A stretch of DNA of 64,000 bases from Lytechinus pictus (GCF_037042905.1 NC_087252.1:3040001-3104000); one strand, 5' to 3'. Counted from the first letter of the stretch, positions 1 to 13,988 are shown. A program made the numbers and translations. Notes: generated by a model from the sequence alone, not told the origin.

Positions 1-196
1 GGAGGAGCGGCAGCGGGTACTCCACCGCAAAATCCATATTGACCAGGAATAGATCGGTGTAGGTCCCAATGAGGTCCGAAATAGATCCTTGCAGATCTTG
101 CCTGATCTGATGTCGTTCTCTGACTGTGTTGAACGGCCCATGCATGTACTCTAATACCTGGAATAATATTTGATTGGCTACTACGTTGTTTACACG
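1..196 (-). CDS. UGT: UDP-glucuronosyltransferase, coding exon 3 (runs off the window edge)
   Basis: Acceptor ttttatctacAG at 197-198; phase-0 translation RVNNVVANQILFQVLEY...DLFLVNMDFAVEYPLPLL matches the UGT N-x-D-F-x-x-E/D-Y-P-x-P motif and continues 'KMSFLQ' of exon 2. Confidence 0.9.
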
Positions 197-908
197 CTGT
201 AGATAAAACAAAAAGCGAAATAAGATTATTTTAAAAGATGTTCCATTTGGATTTCAACTTTCAGCGATTGTCATATAAAGGAATGAAGACGTTTGGTGTA
301 CATTTTTTTATTATGGTCTAACTCTAAGGATACAGAATGTTGTAGCCAACAATGATGTATGTGGTAAGAGAAGACAAGCAAAATCAGAAGAACTGAAAAT
401 GGGAGTTAATATTTGATGGAAATCTAATTTTGTAAATTTATAAAAGTTATGCTTCTGAGATTATTTTTAAGGCATCAATTTAGGCCTTTGATGACAAGAA
501 TGAAGTTTGCAATCCAGTATATACAAATGATAATTTCCACGTGTGTAATATAAAGGGATCTAAGTTGAGAAGGTTAGTATTGTTGGCTTTGTCATGCAGT
601 AGATCTTTAACAGAATTTCTCTGCTACATAAGTATCTAAAACTGTATTTTTAAGGGTGCAATTTATGGGCGCAAAATGCACATACATACACACACAATGT
701 TCTTCCACACACAATATTATTTTATGCAGTAGCCAATGCGCAAAGTGTTTATTTCACATTTTAATGGGCATACTTCATCATTTGGCGCACAATTACATTT
801 ATCCCAACTTGTTGCATTTGATCTTGAAGGATGCGATTTGGGAAATACATATATATTTTTTAAATGAACTGAAACATTTTGGGAAAAAAATCATTCAACC
901 ATGCTTAC

Positions 909-1229
909 TTGTAGAAAGGACATTTTATTCGTATAGGCATTCATACAGTCTGGAGTGTAAGCCAAATTGACTGGATTTCGTGCGTACATGGACAGCATCG
1001 TCGGCACAGCCATTGGGGAAGACAACACTGCGGTTGTGTTCAGTTTCATGGCCACCATCAGACTGCACAACCAGATCATGTCATAGACGACCACGTCGAA
1101 CTTGCCGTCTTCGAGTTGGTGCATGACGTCGGGGTTTCCGAGGAGGTCTTCGCAGTCGTCCGCCGCACCTTGACGATGGGTTTGCATGAGGTTGATGATG
1201 TATGTCGCCGTACTTGGTTCAAGGGCATT
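909..1229 (-). CDS. UGT: UDP-glucuronosyltransferase, coding exon 2
   Basis: AG at 1230-1231, GTAAGC donor at 908; 321 nt, phase 0/0; CEDLLGNPDVMHQLEDGKFDVVVYD...PVNLAYTP...MSFLQ is typical of the UGT N-terminal domain. Confidence 0.92.
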
Positions 1230-1410
1230 CTATGAATAGGTGGATGGTGAAACGACAATAGAGCTTGATTAAAAAATGAGTTAAATCTACTTTAGACCAA
1301 AATTGATTTTTGTTAAATACAAACATATGTATCTTAGACGTGGGAATCAAATGCAATATATCGCATTTGATAAAAAAAGGGAATGGTTGGTAAAAATTGA
1401 TTGCAAATTT

Positions 1411-1998
1411 GAGTTTTGTTCCGATAGGAGCTAAATCCAAAACAGTTTTGTTCCAAAGTAGCTGCAGTTATTTGAAATTTGTTATTTTCCTATCTTAAAT
1501 GAAGTAATGCATTCAATTTCGTAGGTACATGTTGTGGATACAAGTTCACACCATCAGTGCAAATTTTGACGAAAATAGAAGATTTTTACATTGTTTATGA
1601 ATATTTTTGGATTTAGCTCTTTTTGGAATTAGATATCGAAACGTCACCGTCCTTAGAAAAGATGACAAAATATCATATTTCTTTCTTTTAGTAATTTTCG
1701 ATGCATAAACATAAGGAAAGATGTGAAATGTACTCTAACATCCATATTTATGAGTTTCGTGTTCAATTTATAATATCAAAACTGTCTTAATTGACTAAAA
1801 TTGACATTTTACTGGGGTTTTAATCCAAAAGGAGCTAAATCCGTGAAAAATAACATTTCATTTTTTTTAATTGATACTAAATGCTAGATTTTTGAAATGA
1901 TGATTTAATTAATCTTAGATGGTAGTACTATCATCTATATCAAAATAATTTGCAGAAAAATACCAAAAGTGGATTTAGCTCCTTTTGGAACAAAACTC
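1411..1998. mobile_element. MITE with 28-bp terminal inverted repeats in UGT intron 1
   Basis: GAGTTTTGTTCCGATAGGAGCTAAATCC at 1411 versus GGATTTAGCTCCTTTTGGAACAAAACTC ending 1998 (2 mismatches); internal copies of GGAGCTAAATCC; non-coding. Confidence 0.75.
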
Positions 1999-2593
1999 TT
2001 ATTGCTCCTGCGACATTTGCTCCTGTTTCGACATATCAGACATGTCAGAGGGCAATATTATAGTTGGAATTAGATTGTAACATAAATTTTGGTTCAGAAT
2101 AATACAAAGATAATGATCAGTTTATAGAGTTATGGAGGTTGAATTGTAGGTTTGGCTTAACTTGCAGATTTTCCATCGGTGCAATTGTCGCCGGAGCAAA
2201 CGTCATGGAACCAAAGAAGTGAAATTTAAATACTCTTTATATGTATATATATATATTTGACGGAAATGGAACACATGTTGCCCCGTTTTACATAATATGA
2301 AATCAAGTTGCAATTATTTTCATTATGCTTTCGATATTGTCTAAGGTGGTAACATTTCTCCGTTCATATTTCAATGCGTTAACGAGGTGCTTGAATGACA
2401 CTTTTATATATACTTCAGTTGAAAATACATTAAAATGACAGCTTACGATAAAAAAGTGCACCTACAATCTAAGTTAATTTCATATGGATATTGGCTAATC
2501 CTATTTGAATTATACATTTTTTTCTATTATGACGTTTGTATCTTTAGGGATTTATTCAAATTTAGTTTGCTTTATTTATAAGATTGTTTATAA

Positions 2594-2828
2594 ATTTGCA
2601 TATTAGCAATGAGATAATTAAACAATGACATGAATGCAGATGATTTGATTGTTGATAAAATCTAATCATATTTGATAAAATCTGAACAATTTTCGGTCAG
2701 GCTTATATTAATTTGCATATTAGCAATGAGAAAATTAAACAATGAAATGAATACGGATGATTTAATTGTTGATAAAATCTAATCATATTTTGATAAAATT
2801 TGAAAAAAATTTGGTCGGGTTTATATTC
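2594..2828. repeat. Two-copy tandem duplication of about 117 bp
   Basis: ATTTGCATATTAGCAATGAG...GATAAAATCTAATCATATTT...TTATATT occurs twice head to tail. Confidence 0.8.
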
Positions 2829-2922
2829 ACTAAAATGTGAGCAAGGATTAAATTAACTAATTGGTCACTACTCCATCTAATGAACACATGTAGGCAACAC
2901 AAAATGGTTGATCAGTCTTTAC

Positions 2923-3246
2923 CTTTGAGAAGGCCAAATGTCTTTCTTTGACAGACTTAATCTGCTCAGTCGATTGATGAAACACAATGAAATTTAACTC
3001 CGAGTCGTCAGGATTATCTGCCCGGTGAGCATACGCTTCGCTGACGAGAACCGTCACATTATGACCATGTTTAACTAGGTATTTTCCAATCGTCTTCCCG
3101 ACGAAATAGTGCGATCCTTCGCCAATGCTTGTGGTGATTAAGACGTTGCCCGCCAGCAGGCTTGGAGGCAGCGTAAGAAGCACCACACAGAAACATATTA
3201 ATGGGACTGCATTCGATCTTCGCAGAAGAAAAGATTGATTCGCCAT
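2923..3246 (-). CDS. UGT: UDP-glucuronosyltransferase, coding exon 1 (signal peptide and start of N-terminal domain)
   Basis: ATG at 3246; MANQS...LICFCVVLLTLPPSLLAGNVLITTSIGEGSHYFVGKTIGKYLVKHGHNVTVL contains the UGT G-S-H catalytic His and GHxVTVL motifs; GTAAAG donor at 2922; 324 nt. Confidence 0.92.
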
Positions 3247-6200
3247 TGTCTCGCTTTCTCCTTGAGCGGACGGTCTCCGTGCTCGAGATTGATGTCTCAA
3301 ACATCAAATAAGGAGTGTAATCATAATATTTGTATCAGCCAACACAGTGCCACCATGGAGACTCTGATAAAAACCGTGCATAATTATTAATCTCATTGAA
3401 GTCCGTTGCTTGAAAGCGGATAATGCTTTCCTTCCGTTCGAGCCCTTGGTAAAAAATAAATATGAACCTTATACCGTGACTACCGTATATAGCTACGAGA
3501 TGAGACGAAGCCAATCCTCGTTCTCCCACTGACCAAGTTTGTACTAACCAGCAGTCGTGTTGTCATTGAAATGATGTGAATTGTCCCTCAATTTTGGAAG
3601 GAAGGTCAGTGCTTTATATTAAGTAAATAGGCCGTTGAAGTGATCAGTTGAGCTTAGTCTGCCTGAACAGACCCTTATTGGTATTTTTAGCGGTGTTCGC
3701 AATTTCAGATCATGGCACACATATGGTAGTCGTGTACTGTACATTTCAAAATCTAAGTTTGACATATTTGGTTCGTACTTGGAACTTGCGTATTTCTGTT
3801 TGTATGCATCCACATTCGAAAATGACTGTAATTTCAAATTATTTTGACAATTTTAGGTTTGTGCTTGTCATTGTCCGAACCCATGATCCCGTCTCGCTCG
3901 TTTTTCTTTCTCAAACTATAAAGAATATAAATTAAACAGATGCAGTTATTTTTTCGTCTTAAACGAAATTGACAGTTAATTGATTGACGCACGCTGGAGA
4001 TTGCCTATACCAGAGAATAGATTTATATAGAAAAGGTAAAAGGAGTATTTAAAAAGAGTTCACTCGTCTGTGAGAATTTTTAAAACGATGTTTAATTTGT
4101 ATTTTCAAACAGTTCCTATGTTTTTAAGAATTTCATTTAAATGTTAGTCAAATTTCCTCGAACGGGTAAGCCTTAGTAAATATAAGTATTAATGTAAATC
4201 TATATTAAGTTCCTAGTTCCCTTTTGTTCTGACGGCTTTGATCATGGAACATCAAAAGCGTCAGAACATGTGTGGTTTATTGCTTGTTCCAGAGCCAAAA
4301 GATCATTTTAAAGAGCTAGGATTTTTGTTTATATTCATGTAATGAACTAATCACAGCCGTTTCTTCCAGCGTACACTCTTTTTCACCGAGTGGGGGCGTT
4401 ATAAATCCAAATAGAGCTCTCAGATTGAGTACATGTACTATTTCTGGTTGAATACTCTTGCGAATAGAGGGAGAGTAAGTGCAAATTAATAGGCATAAAT
4501 ATGCGTATGATTGGTTTCGATTCCTGGGAATTCTTATATTCCCAATTGTTTAAAGCATCAACTGAATTAATCGGAAAATAGATACATGCTTTTAAAGCGA
4601 CAACATTCTAACGGGAAGAATTTGCATTTCCGAATAGCATTTTTTTTTCAGTTCCATGACATACGGGTATTATTGATGGTTGGGATGTATCATGTGCTAG
4701 TTAAATCCTGAAACAGAGAAATTCACTACAACAATGTAAAAAATCGGAACAAGCAGACTACACCATTGATAAAAGGAGACACTAAAAACTATTTACCAAA
4801 GGTGGCGCTATGATATTTTGATGAGGGTGGGGTGCGAAATTGAGGTGATGTAATTTCTATAAAATAGAATCATATGCTTATTATAGATTTACATGGCCCA
4901 GATCGATATCTCATTTTTTAAATAAACTAATCGTTTTACCGTTATCCCTCTGTGTTTGCTACTTAAAAATCATGTGCTCTGCCCGTGTAGCGCTGCCACC
5001 AATGGCCTCTTCAAAATAACAGCAATCATCTGTTTTGGAAACATATCCGCCACAAAAATGAATATAAATTTATACTAAACATTAAGAAGATGTATTTCCC
5101 GAATTTGTGAATCTTTTTTCGGCAAACCAGCACAAAACCAACAATAATTCTACAAAAATAAATGTACTCTTCCCCCAGTTTTGAAAATAGATCCTAAGCT
5201 TTGCAGCTACTTTGAAATATTGAGCCCAATCATTAAAAAAAAGGGAAGTCCTTCGTTTTTTCCAGATATAGGATAATACTGAAAAGGTCTCTTTTCTGTA
5301 AATCATTTTCCTTATTATAGTCTTATCTGTGTATTATGTAGATGGTGTTATAATAAACTGAAAATGTACCTTTATTTATTTATTTATTTCACTGAGACCC
5401 ATGTAGCAGAATAAGCATGAGTTTTGTTCACTATATCAGAGGTTCCTTTAAATTATTTGTCGGGCTTTATTAGTGCATATTCAGACTTGTAACACTTAAT
5501 GTGTCATCGGTCGTAATTTTGACAACCCTTAAAGTTTACATGAAAAACAAGGCACATACACATACCCATACAGCATACTTGCAAACACACACCTACGCAC
5601 ACACAGCGTCGCATTCCATTATAGCCTCCCACGCCCATGCACACGCCCTCACACCCACACCCACGACCTTTGCACACCCACACACATCCAGACAGTCAAA
5701 AATCCCTCTCTCTATCTCCCTTTGTCTTTTATCTCATTCAATTTTTCTAGTCAGGTTTTATATGCGTTGGCATAGTTGGTGCATGTGCAAGCGATTGTGC
5801 TGAGCTACAGGCGGGAAATTTAATCTACATAGTAAGAATTTACTATGTCGATATCAATTCTTATAATCTGGTCGCACAAGCATCGGCAATTTGTATTGTT
5901 TACAATTAACAAACATAAATATTGCATTGATAATTATGCCGGAAGAAACAGTTAACTTTAAATCGTGTTAAAAAATTCTTTTTGACCTGAATACTTAAAC
6001 ATACGCACAAATCTTAATTACTCGGCATAGGCCTATTGTGACATTATGCGGAGACGCCGTTTCCATTGGTTGTGTAGTTTATCATCATGTGCTTGTAAAG
6101 CTGTTTATTTATTCATTCATGTATTTGTTCGTATGTGCCATTAATAGAACTGCGTCAATCAAAATATAGTACAAGTACCATAATACATTATATATTTGTA

Positions 6201-6751
6201 CGTCATAAAATTAGTACTCTTGGTACAAACCTGTAAAAAATTGTTTATTGGTACTTTGAACAATTGCAGCAGTCTATATACTATGCCTATAGTGATTCAT
6301 ATATGAGGATTTTATTTTGAATTTGATTTGATTCGATATCAAACATGATAAGTTTATTCCGCTAAATATTTAAGAGGAATGTAAGAAAGCTGGTGTGGTT
6401 TATGACGTCACAAAAATAAAACTACTCTAGATGCCAAAGTACCACCGGTCGGATTCTTAATATGCACACCCTCAGATTAACCTTTGCCAATAATTTCACA
6501 TAATATCCAACTTGTTTGTGTTTTAATCATGATATGTTCCACATCATATGTATTACTTACATAGTTACATTTGTAAGGAAGTTTGAGCTTTCATGAACTT
6601 AAATTACTTTTACATTTGATTTTCTATTAGCTTTAATTAGATACCAAACATAACATGTTCATTCCTTAAAATATGAAATTCATATTTAAGAGGTATGTGA
6701 AAAAGTGGGCGTGGCATATGACGTCAATAAAAACAAAATGCCCAAGGGTGC

Positions 6752-9700
6752 TGTTGCACCCACAAATGTAATAATTTCACCCACAAATGTAATAATGCAC
6801 TTTACCCACAAATGTAATAATGCACTTTACCCACAAATGTAATAATGTTGGATCGCCCACAAATGTAATAATGACTCTACCCACAAATGTAATAAATTTG
6901 AAGGGATTTTTGGCGAATCCGTTCTAAACTAAAATCCTATAGTAATGCGTTCATATAGCACAAAAGTGCAAAGTCTTTTTTTCCAGACCCGGTTATTCCC
7001 AAAAAATATAATATAGGTCCAAACTAGGATACGATAATGATATTCCAGTGGAATAAAAATGAGAATCGAGCTTAGTCTTTTCTCCAGACCCAGTTAATTA
7101 AAACTGGTGGAATTAATATCTTTGTTGTTGTTTTAACTTATACGGTGAGTATTGTGAATATATGCGCTATGAGTAAATTGAGAATCAAGCGTAGTCTTTC
7201 TCCAGACCCGGTAACTAAAAACTAAAACCCTTTAGTAATGCGTTCATATAGCACAAAAGTCCAAAGTCTTTTTTCCAGACCCGGTTAATTAATTATTTAT
7301 AACATAAGTCCAAAGTCTTTTTTCCAGACCTTGTTATTTCAAAAATTATAATATAAGTCCAAAGTCTTTTTTCCAGACCCAGTTGTTTCAAAAATCATAA
7401 TATAAGTCGAAAGTCTTTTTTTTCAGACCTAGTTATTTTAAAAATTATAATATAAGTCCAAACTAAGATACAATAATGATATTCCAGTGGTATAAAAATG
7501 AGAATCGAGCTTAGTCTTTTCTCCAGACCCAGTTAATTTAAACTGGTGTAATAAATGTCTTGGTTGTTGTTCAAACTTACACAGTGCGTATTGTGAATAT
7601 ATGAGCTAAGAGTAAATTGAGAATCAAGCGTAGTCTTTCTCTAGACCCGGTTACTTAAAACTAAAAATTAAAACCCTATAGTAATGCGTTCATGTAGCAC
7701 AAAAGTTCAAAGTCTTTTTTCCAGACCCGGTTAATTAGATATTTATAACATAAGTCCAAAGTCTTTTTTTCCAGACCCGGTTGTTTCAAAAATTATAATA
7801 TAAGTCCAAAGTCTTTTTCCAGACCTGGTTGTTTCAAAAATTACAATATAAGTCCAAAGTCTTTTTTCCAGACCCGGTTACTTCAAAAATTATAATATAA
7901 GTCAAAACTAAGATACCATGATGATATTCCAGTGGAATAAAAATGAAAATCGAGCTAAGCCTTTTCTCCAAACACTGTTATTCCAAAATTATGAATAACA
8001 ATACACCAACAACAAAAAACAGTATAAAGACCCAATAATCTTATTAATGCTGGATAACATGGACATATAGCATAGTCTTTCAGCCAGTTATTTTTTTTTC
8101 AAAATAACGCTTATAGTAATAATACGAAAGACTCAAAATCTAAGACCAAACAATCCTTCAACCTAAGAACCTGTTTTAAAAAGAGGTATAGAGCGTTGTC
8201 TTTATTCCAGACCTAATCATTGAAAAAAACGACGAAAATAAATCTTCTAACTTAAGACCCTATCATATTCTTATTCTTGTGGAATTACACGAGTTTTAAA
8301 ACGTACTCTTTCCTCCAGACCCAGTTATTTAAAAAAATGAATTAAAAAACTTCAAATCTAAGAACAATCTTCAAAAGTTACACCCTTACTGGGTGTAACT
8401 GGGTGTAAAAATATGTATTTACCCCACACCCATTTTTTTAAAATAATACTAAGACCCCTACAAAACGTTTCAATAATGCATGGGTAAAGCAAACATCCTT
8501 TCTCCAGACTTGGTTATTTTTTGAAAAAAACAAAATAGTTTTTACAAATATTCTAAAACGAATACCCAATAATCTAATTACTGTGGAATAATATGAAGAT
8601 CGATTGTAAACTTTCCTCCAGACACAGTTATTTCAAGAATAAAAAAGAAATAAAACCCAACCCCCAACAACGAATCTAAAAGCCAGCAAGCTTCCAAATT
8701 AAGACCATGTAGGAAAGCACATGTTGAGAGCGTTGTCTTTATTCCAGACCCAGTCATTTAAAAAATAATTCAAACAATCTTTAAAACATAAGATTTTGTC
8801 ATATTCTTATTCCTGTGAAATAACACGAGTATTATGCTTAGTCGTTTGTCTAGACCCGGTTATTTAAAAGATAAACAAATGTTGAAAAAAACTCAAAGCT
8901 AAGACCAATTTTAAAAATTAAACCTAGTTAAAATGCTTGGGTTAAGAGTGTTGTCTTTACCCCACACCTAGTTCTCTTAAAAATACAAATTAAGCGAAAC
9001 TTTAATCTTAAAACTTAAATCCCAGCATCTTCCAAACTATAAAAACCCTGTGATAACGCATACCATGAAAACGACAAATTAATCATAGGCGTTAATGTTC
9101 ATATCTGAATGATACGCACATTAAAACACAAGATAACAATAACAACAACAACGTTATTCTAAATCAATGATATTGTGGGGTCTTTGTTAATATTGTTTGT
9201 TTGTTTTTCTTGTTTCTTATAATTTCCTATTTTGAAGTAACTGGGTCTGGAGCAAAAACTAAACCATATTTCCATGCTATTCAATGTTGATAAGATTGCA
9301 GGGTCTTTGTTTTGTTGTTGTTGTGTTTTTAACGATTTTTATAACTTGGTCTGGTGGAAAGTCTACGCTATATGTCCTTGTTACTGGACATAAATAGGAT
9401 TGTGGGTCTTTTTTTTTAATTATTATTTTTAATTTACTATTATTATTCTTATTTTAAAGCTCTGGGTCTGGATGAAAGACTGCACTATATTTCCATGTTA
9501 TTTAACATGAATAAGAGAGTGGGGATCTTTGTTACTTTTTGACTCTTTAATTAACCCTTTGCGTGCGACGGGCTTCCACAGAAGCCCAGCGAGTCGTTCA
9601 CTTAGCTACGACGGGCTTCTACAGAAGCCGAGATATGTTTGGTTTAATGATTTGTTATTTTGAAATAAGTGGGTCAGGAGGGAAGACTACGCTATATTTC

Positions 9701-11926
9701 CATGTTTTTCAACATCAAAGAGATTGTGGGGTCTTTGTTAATATTGTTCTTTATGACTTGCTATTTTGCAATAACCGGGGCTGGAACAAAGACTACACCA
9801 TATTTCGATGCTAATCAATGTTGAAAAGATTGTGGGGTCTGTTTTTGGTTGTTGTTGTTATTTTGTTTTTTAATGATTTTTTTTAAACTGTGTCTGGAGG
9901 AAAGACTCTGCTATATTTACATTTTGTTCAACATTAATAAGATCGTGTGGTCTTTTTTTATTATTATTATCTATTATTTTTTATTTGTTATTTGAATTAT
10001 TTGGGTCTGGAGGAAAGACTACGCGAAACTTCTATATTATTCAAAATTAAGAAAATTAAATTTGGGATCTATGTTTGGAAGATTGTTTAAATGTTTCATA
10101 CAACCGGGTCTGGAGAAAAAAGACTGTGAATTTGCGCTATATGAACGCATTACTATAGGGTTTTATTTTAAAACAGATTCGCCAAAATTCCTTCAAATTT
10201 ATAACATTTGTGGTTAAAGTCATTATTACATTTGTGGACGATCAAACATTATTACATTTGCGGGTAAAGTGCAATATTACATTTGTATATTACATTTGAG
10301 GGTAAAGGGTTTTAGTTTTTAGTTTTAAGTAACCGGATCTGGAGAAAAGACTACGCTAATTTCTCAATTAACTCTCAGCGCATATATTCGCAATATACGC
10401 CATATACGTTAAAACAACAAAGACATTTATTCCATTAGTTTTTTAATTAACTGGGTCTGGAGAAAAGACTAAGCTCGATTCTCAATTAACTCTTAGCGCA
10501 TATATTCGCAATATACGCCATATACGTTAAAACAACAAAGACATTTATTCAATTAGTTTTTTAATTAACTGGGTCTGGATAAAAGACTAAGCTCGATTCT
10601 TAATTTTATTCCACTGGAATATCATTATTGTATCTTAGTTTGGACTTATATTATAACTTTTGAAATAACCGGGTCTGGAAAAAGACTTTGGACTTATATT
10701 ATAATTTTTTAAGCAACCGGGTCTGGAAAAAAGACTTTGAACTTATATTATAATTTTTTAAACTACCGGGTCTGGGAAAAAAGACTTTGAACTTATATTA
10801 TAATTTTTGAAACAACCAGGTCTGGAAAAAAGACTTTGGACTTATAATAAATTTTGAATTTACTGGGTCTGGAACAAAGACTTTGCACATTTGTGCTATA
10901 TGAACGCATTACTATAGGGTTTTAGTTTTTAGTTACCGGGTCTGGAAAAAAGACTATTCTTGATTCTCAATTTACTCTAAGCGCATAAATTCAAAATACG
11001 CGCCATATAAGTGAAAACAACAACAAGGACATTAATTCCACCAGTTTTAATGAACTGGGTCTGGAGAAAAGACTAAGCTTGATTCTCATTTTTATTCCAC
11101 TGAAATATCATTATCTTATCTTAGTTTGGTCTTATATTATTATTTTTGAAATAACCGGGTCTGGAAATAATACTGGACTTATATTATAATTTTTTTTTAA
11201 ACCGGGTCTGGAAAAAAGACTTTGAACTTATATTATAATTTTTGAAACAACTGCGTCTGGAAAAAAGACTTTGGACTTATTATAATTTTATAATTTACCG
11301 GGTCTGGAAAAAAGACTTTGAACATTTGTGCTATATAAACACATTACTATAAGGTTTTATTTTTTAGTTACCGGTTCTGGAATAAAGAATTTGCTTGATT
11401 CTCAATTTACTCTTAGCGCATATATTCACAATACGCGCCGTATAAGTGAAAACAACAACAAAGACATTAATTCCACCAGTTTTATTTAACTGGGTCTGGA
11501 GAAAAGACTTAACTTGATTCTCATTTTTATTCCTCTGGAATATCATTATCGTATCTTAGTTTGGACTTATATTATGATTTTTTAAATAACCGGGTCTGGA
11601 AAAAAGACTTTGCACTTTTGTGCTATATGAACGTATTACTATAGGATTTTAGTTTAGAACGGATTTGCCAAAAATCCCTTCAAATTTATTACATTTGTGG
11701 GTAAAGTAAATATTACTTTTGTGGGCGATCCAAACTTATTACATTTGTGGGTAAAGTGCATTATTACATTTGTGGGTGAAATTATTACATTTGTGGGTAA
11801 AGTGTTATTACATTTGTGGGTGAAATTATTACATTTGTGGGTAAAGTGTTATTACATTTTGGGCGTTATTACATTTGTGGGCGATTATTACATTTGTGGG
11901 CGATTATTACATTTGTGGGTGTCACA
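6752..11926. mobile_element. 5.2-kb non-autonomous foldback DNA transposon, TGT...ACA ends, 5-bp TSD (Ginger2/TDD-like signature)
   Basis: Ends TGTTGCACCCACAAATGTAATAA and TTATTACATTTGTGGGTGTCACA; GGTGC duplicated at 6747-6751 and 11927-11931; single GGTGC at the empty paralogous site near 50609; arms built of CCCACAAATGTAATAA and TTTCCAGACCCRGTT repeats in opposite orientations. Confidence 0.9.
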
Positions 11927-12932
11927 GGTGCCCAGGTGGCACCCGTCGGATTCTTGAAGTAGACACCCCATACTACAACTTCCAGCAAAAGAATCGCAGT
12001 CATACCCAACTTGACGGTCATGCAATAATTTTGATCATATCTACCCGACTATAATTACTAAAGTGGGAAATGTATTATCCCTGAAACACAAACATAAACT
12101 GAATGAATGAAATTAAACAAACTATATATAACTAACGTAAAAATAAAACAGACCATTGTCAGACTATCTTTTCTCGGGATCCTTTATTTATTTTGCAATG
12201 ATTTGTGCATTCCTGACATATCTTGGGGAACCTTTTGAGTGACTTTGGGTAAGGAGTGGAAAATGATTTAACACATCAATTGTAACATTTATACAAACTT
12301 CAAAACCTTGAAGGCTATGAGGAGTTTTTTGTTTTGTTTTTGTTTTTTTAATCATTGATACTTTCAAGCATCATCTATTTCTAGAAAGTGAAACATGTCA
12401 CCCCTTCAAGAGGAGATGTAGAGAGGTCAACCAAGCACTTCCTTTAAGTGAAGTATATATGTTTAAGGCGAGAATTGTCACAATGGCACTGTAAGCTAAC
12501 AGGTCATATTTTGCCTCAGGGATAGGAATCCCTGAAACTTAATGTTCATCTCAAAGTTCAAGTATGACTTCCACCCCCATTTTTCGGGGAAGGGGGGGGG
12601 GGGGTATTCATGGTATTAAAATGCATGTTAAGTGACATTCATTTTCTCACTTAATTGAGTGCTATGCACTCTGATATAACCTGAGAACACTCAGATTCAA
12701 TACCTCAAATCAAGTTTGTGAACTGTTTGTGAAGTATTCATAAAAGTGGTATGCCATATTTTCTTGGAAATGTGAAAAAAAATTGTGCATGTAAACATAG
12801 ACTGAAATTATTGACCCCCTAGATATATCTATTAAAAAAAACATAATAAAATTAGCACTTCATACGGAGAAATACGATTGATTACATTTTGTTTGCATAA
12901 GATTGCATTATAATTGTTCATCATGACACATA

Positions 12933-13234
12933 CACTGTAAAAAAAAACCTGATTTTACAGAAAAAACTAGATTTTGCAGAAAGCAATAACAGAATCATTA
13001 TGTAAATTTATAAAACAGGACTATTTCTACAATTTAACAGAACAGGTCTCTTTAAAAAGGGGGAAATGGTATTTTATTCAAGGAAATTTGTAAGGTTCCA
13101 TACACCAAATACCAATTTCCTGTAATTTTACATGATATAATGTAAGATTACGCAATCTGGTAAGATTACATGCGTTCTCGAGACTCCGCGGCAGGAACTT
13201 ATTCTATTTTTTAATGATAAATTTTCTAACAGTG
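12933..13234. mobile_element. MITE with CACTGT...ACAGTG ends (CMC/EnSpm-like); paralogous copy near 51616-51910
   Basis: CACTGTAAAAAA at 12933 and TTTTCTAACAGTG ending 13234; internal TTTTACAG-type repeats. Confidence 0.6.
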
Positions 13235-13988
13235 CATAATATTAGCTACCTACTAATGCTCTTAAATGTGGAGTGGTATCAGTTTTGTTGATATGTGTGC
13301 GTCTTACAATTATACTGATGCATAAGTGTGAAATTGATATACGTTGATATATTACAATAAATGTATGTGCATTGATCGTGGATTTGACTAGCCCTACATT
13401 ATATACATAAATCACTATATCATTGTCACGCCTGACCCGTTCACCGATGAGAGTATGTTACATCTGGTACTGATAAGTAGATTAAACTTTCTTTCTTAGG
13501 AAATATATGAAATCATGCATTTCTTTTCCGAAGTATCTCAAAACTATTCCACGCTTAAATTGAAAGTTGTCCCACAAATGCAGTGTAAAGTAGTGGACAA
13601 TGCAATAATTTATATACATTATTAAACGCATTTACTATTTTTTATAGCTTTTTATTCATTTTTTTCCACTCATCTAGAGAGAGTTTTAGGAAGACAAATG
13701 GCTCTCATGACCAGGAGTCAATCTTGATATCTAAAAAAAAATTTGAAAAATATATAATATTTATTTTGTCAAGTCAACGTTGATTATGTAATAAAATTTT
13801 GATTACAAATAGATTGCCAAGTTATGTTTAATTTGTCTTACGTCATCAGACATATTTCAATGTCTTTTAATGTGTGTTCCCTAACAATACTATTTCACTT
13901 TTTTGTGATGTGGTCACAGCTTCTCTAAAAGAGGCTATAAAATAATGGTAACTATTACTAATACCCTGACCAATCATATGGAAGTAAA

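Noticed and set aside
3247..3300. N-terminal extension of the UGT given in the ORF track
   Set aside because: Starts at a TTG; the ATG at 3246 precedes the signal peptide and is the plausible eukaryotic start.
6960..11620. CRISPR-like array (conserved CCAGACCCGG core with variable spacers)
   Set aside because: Spacers are themselves repeated, orientation flips at the centre, no cas genes are present, and the array lies within a TIR/TSD-bounded eukaryotic element.
11697..11957. ORF with LLHLWVK repeats
   Set aside because: Translation of the terminal tandem repeats of the foldback element.
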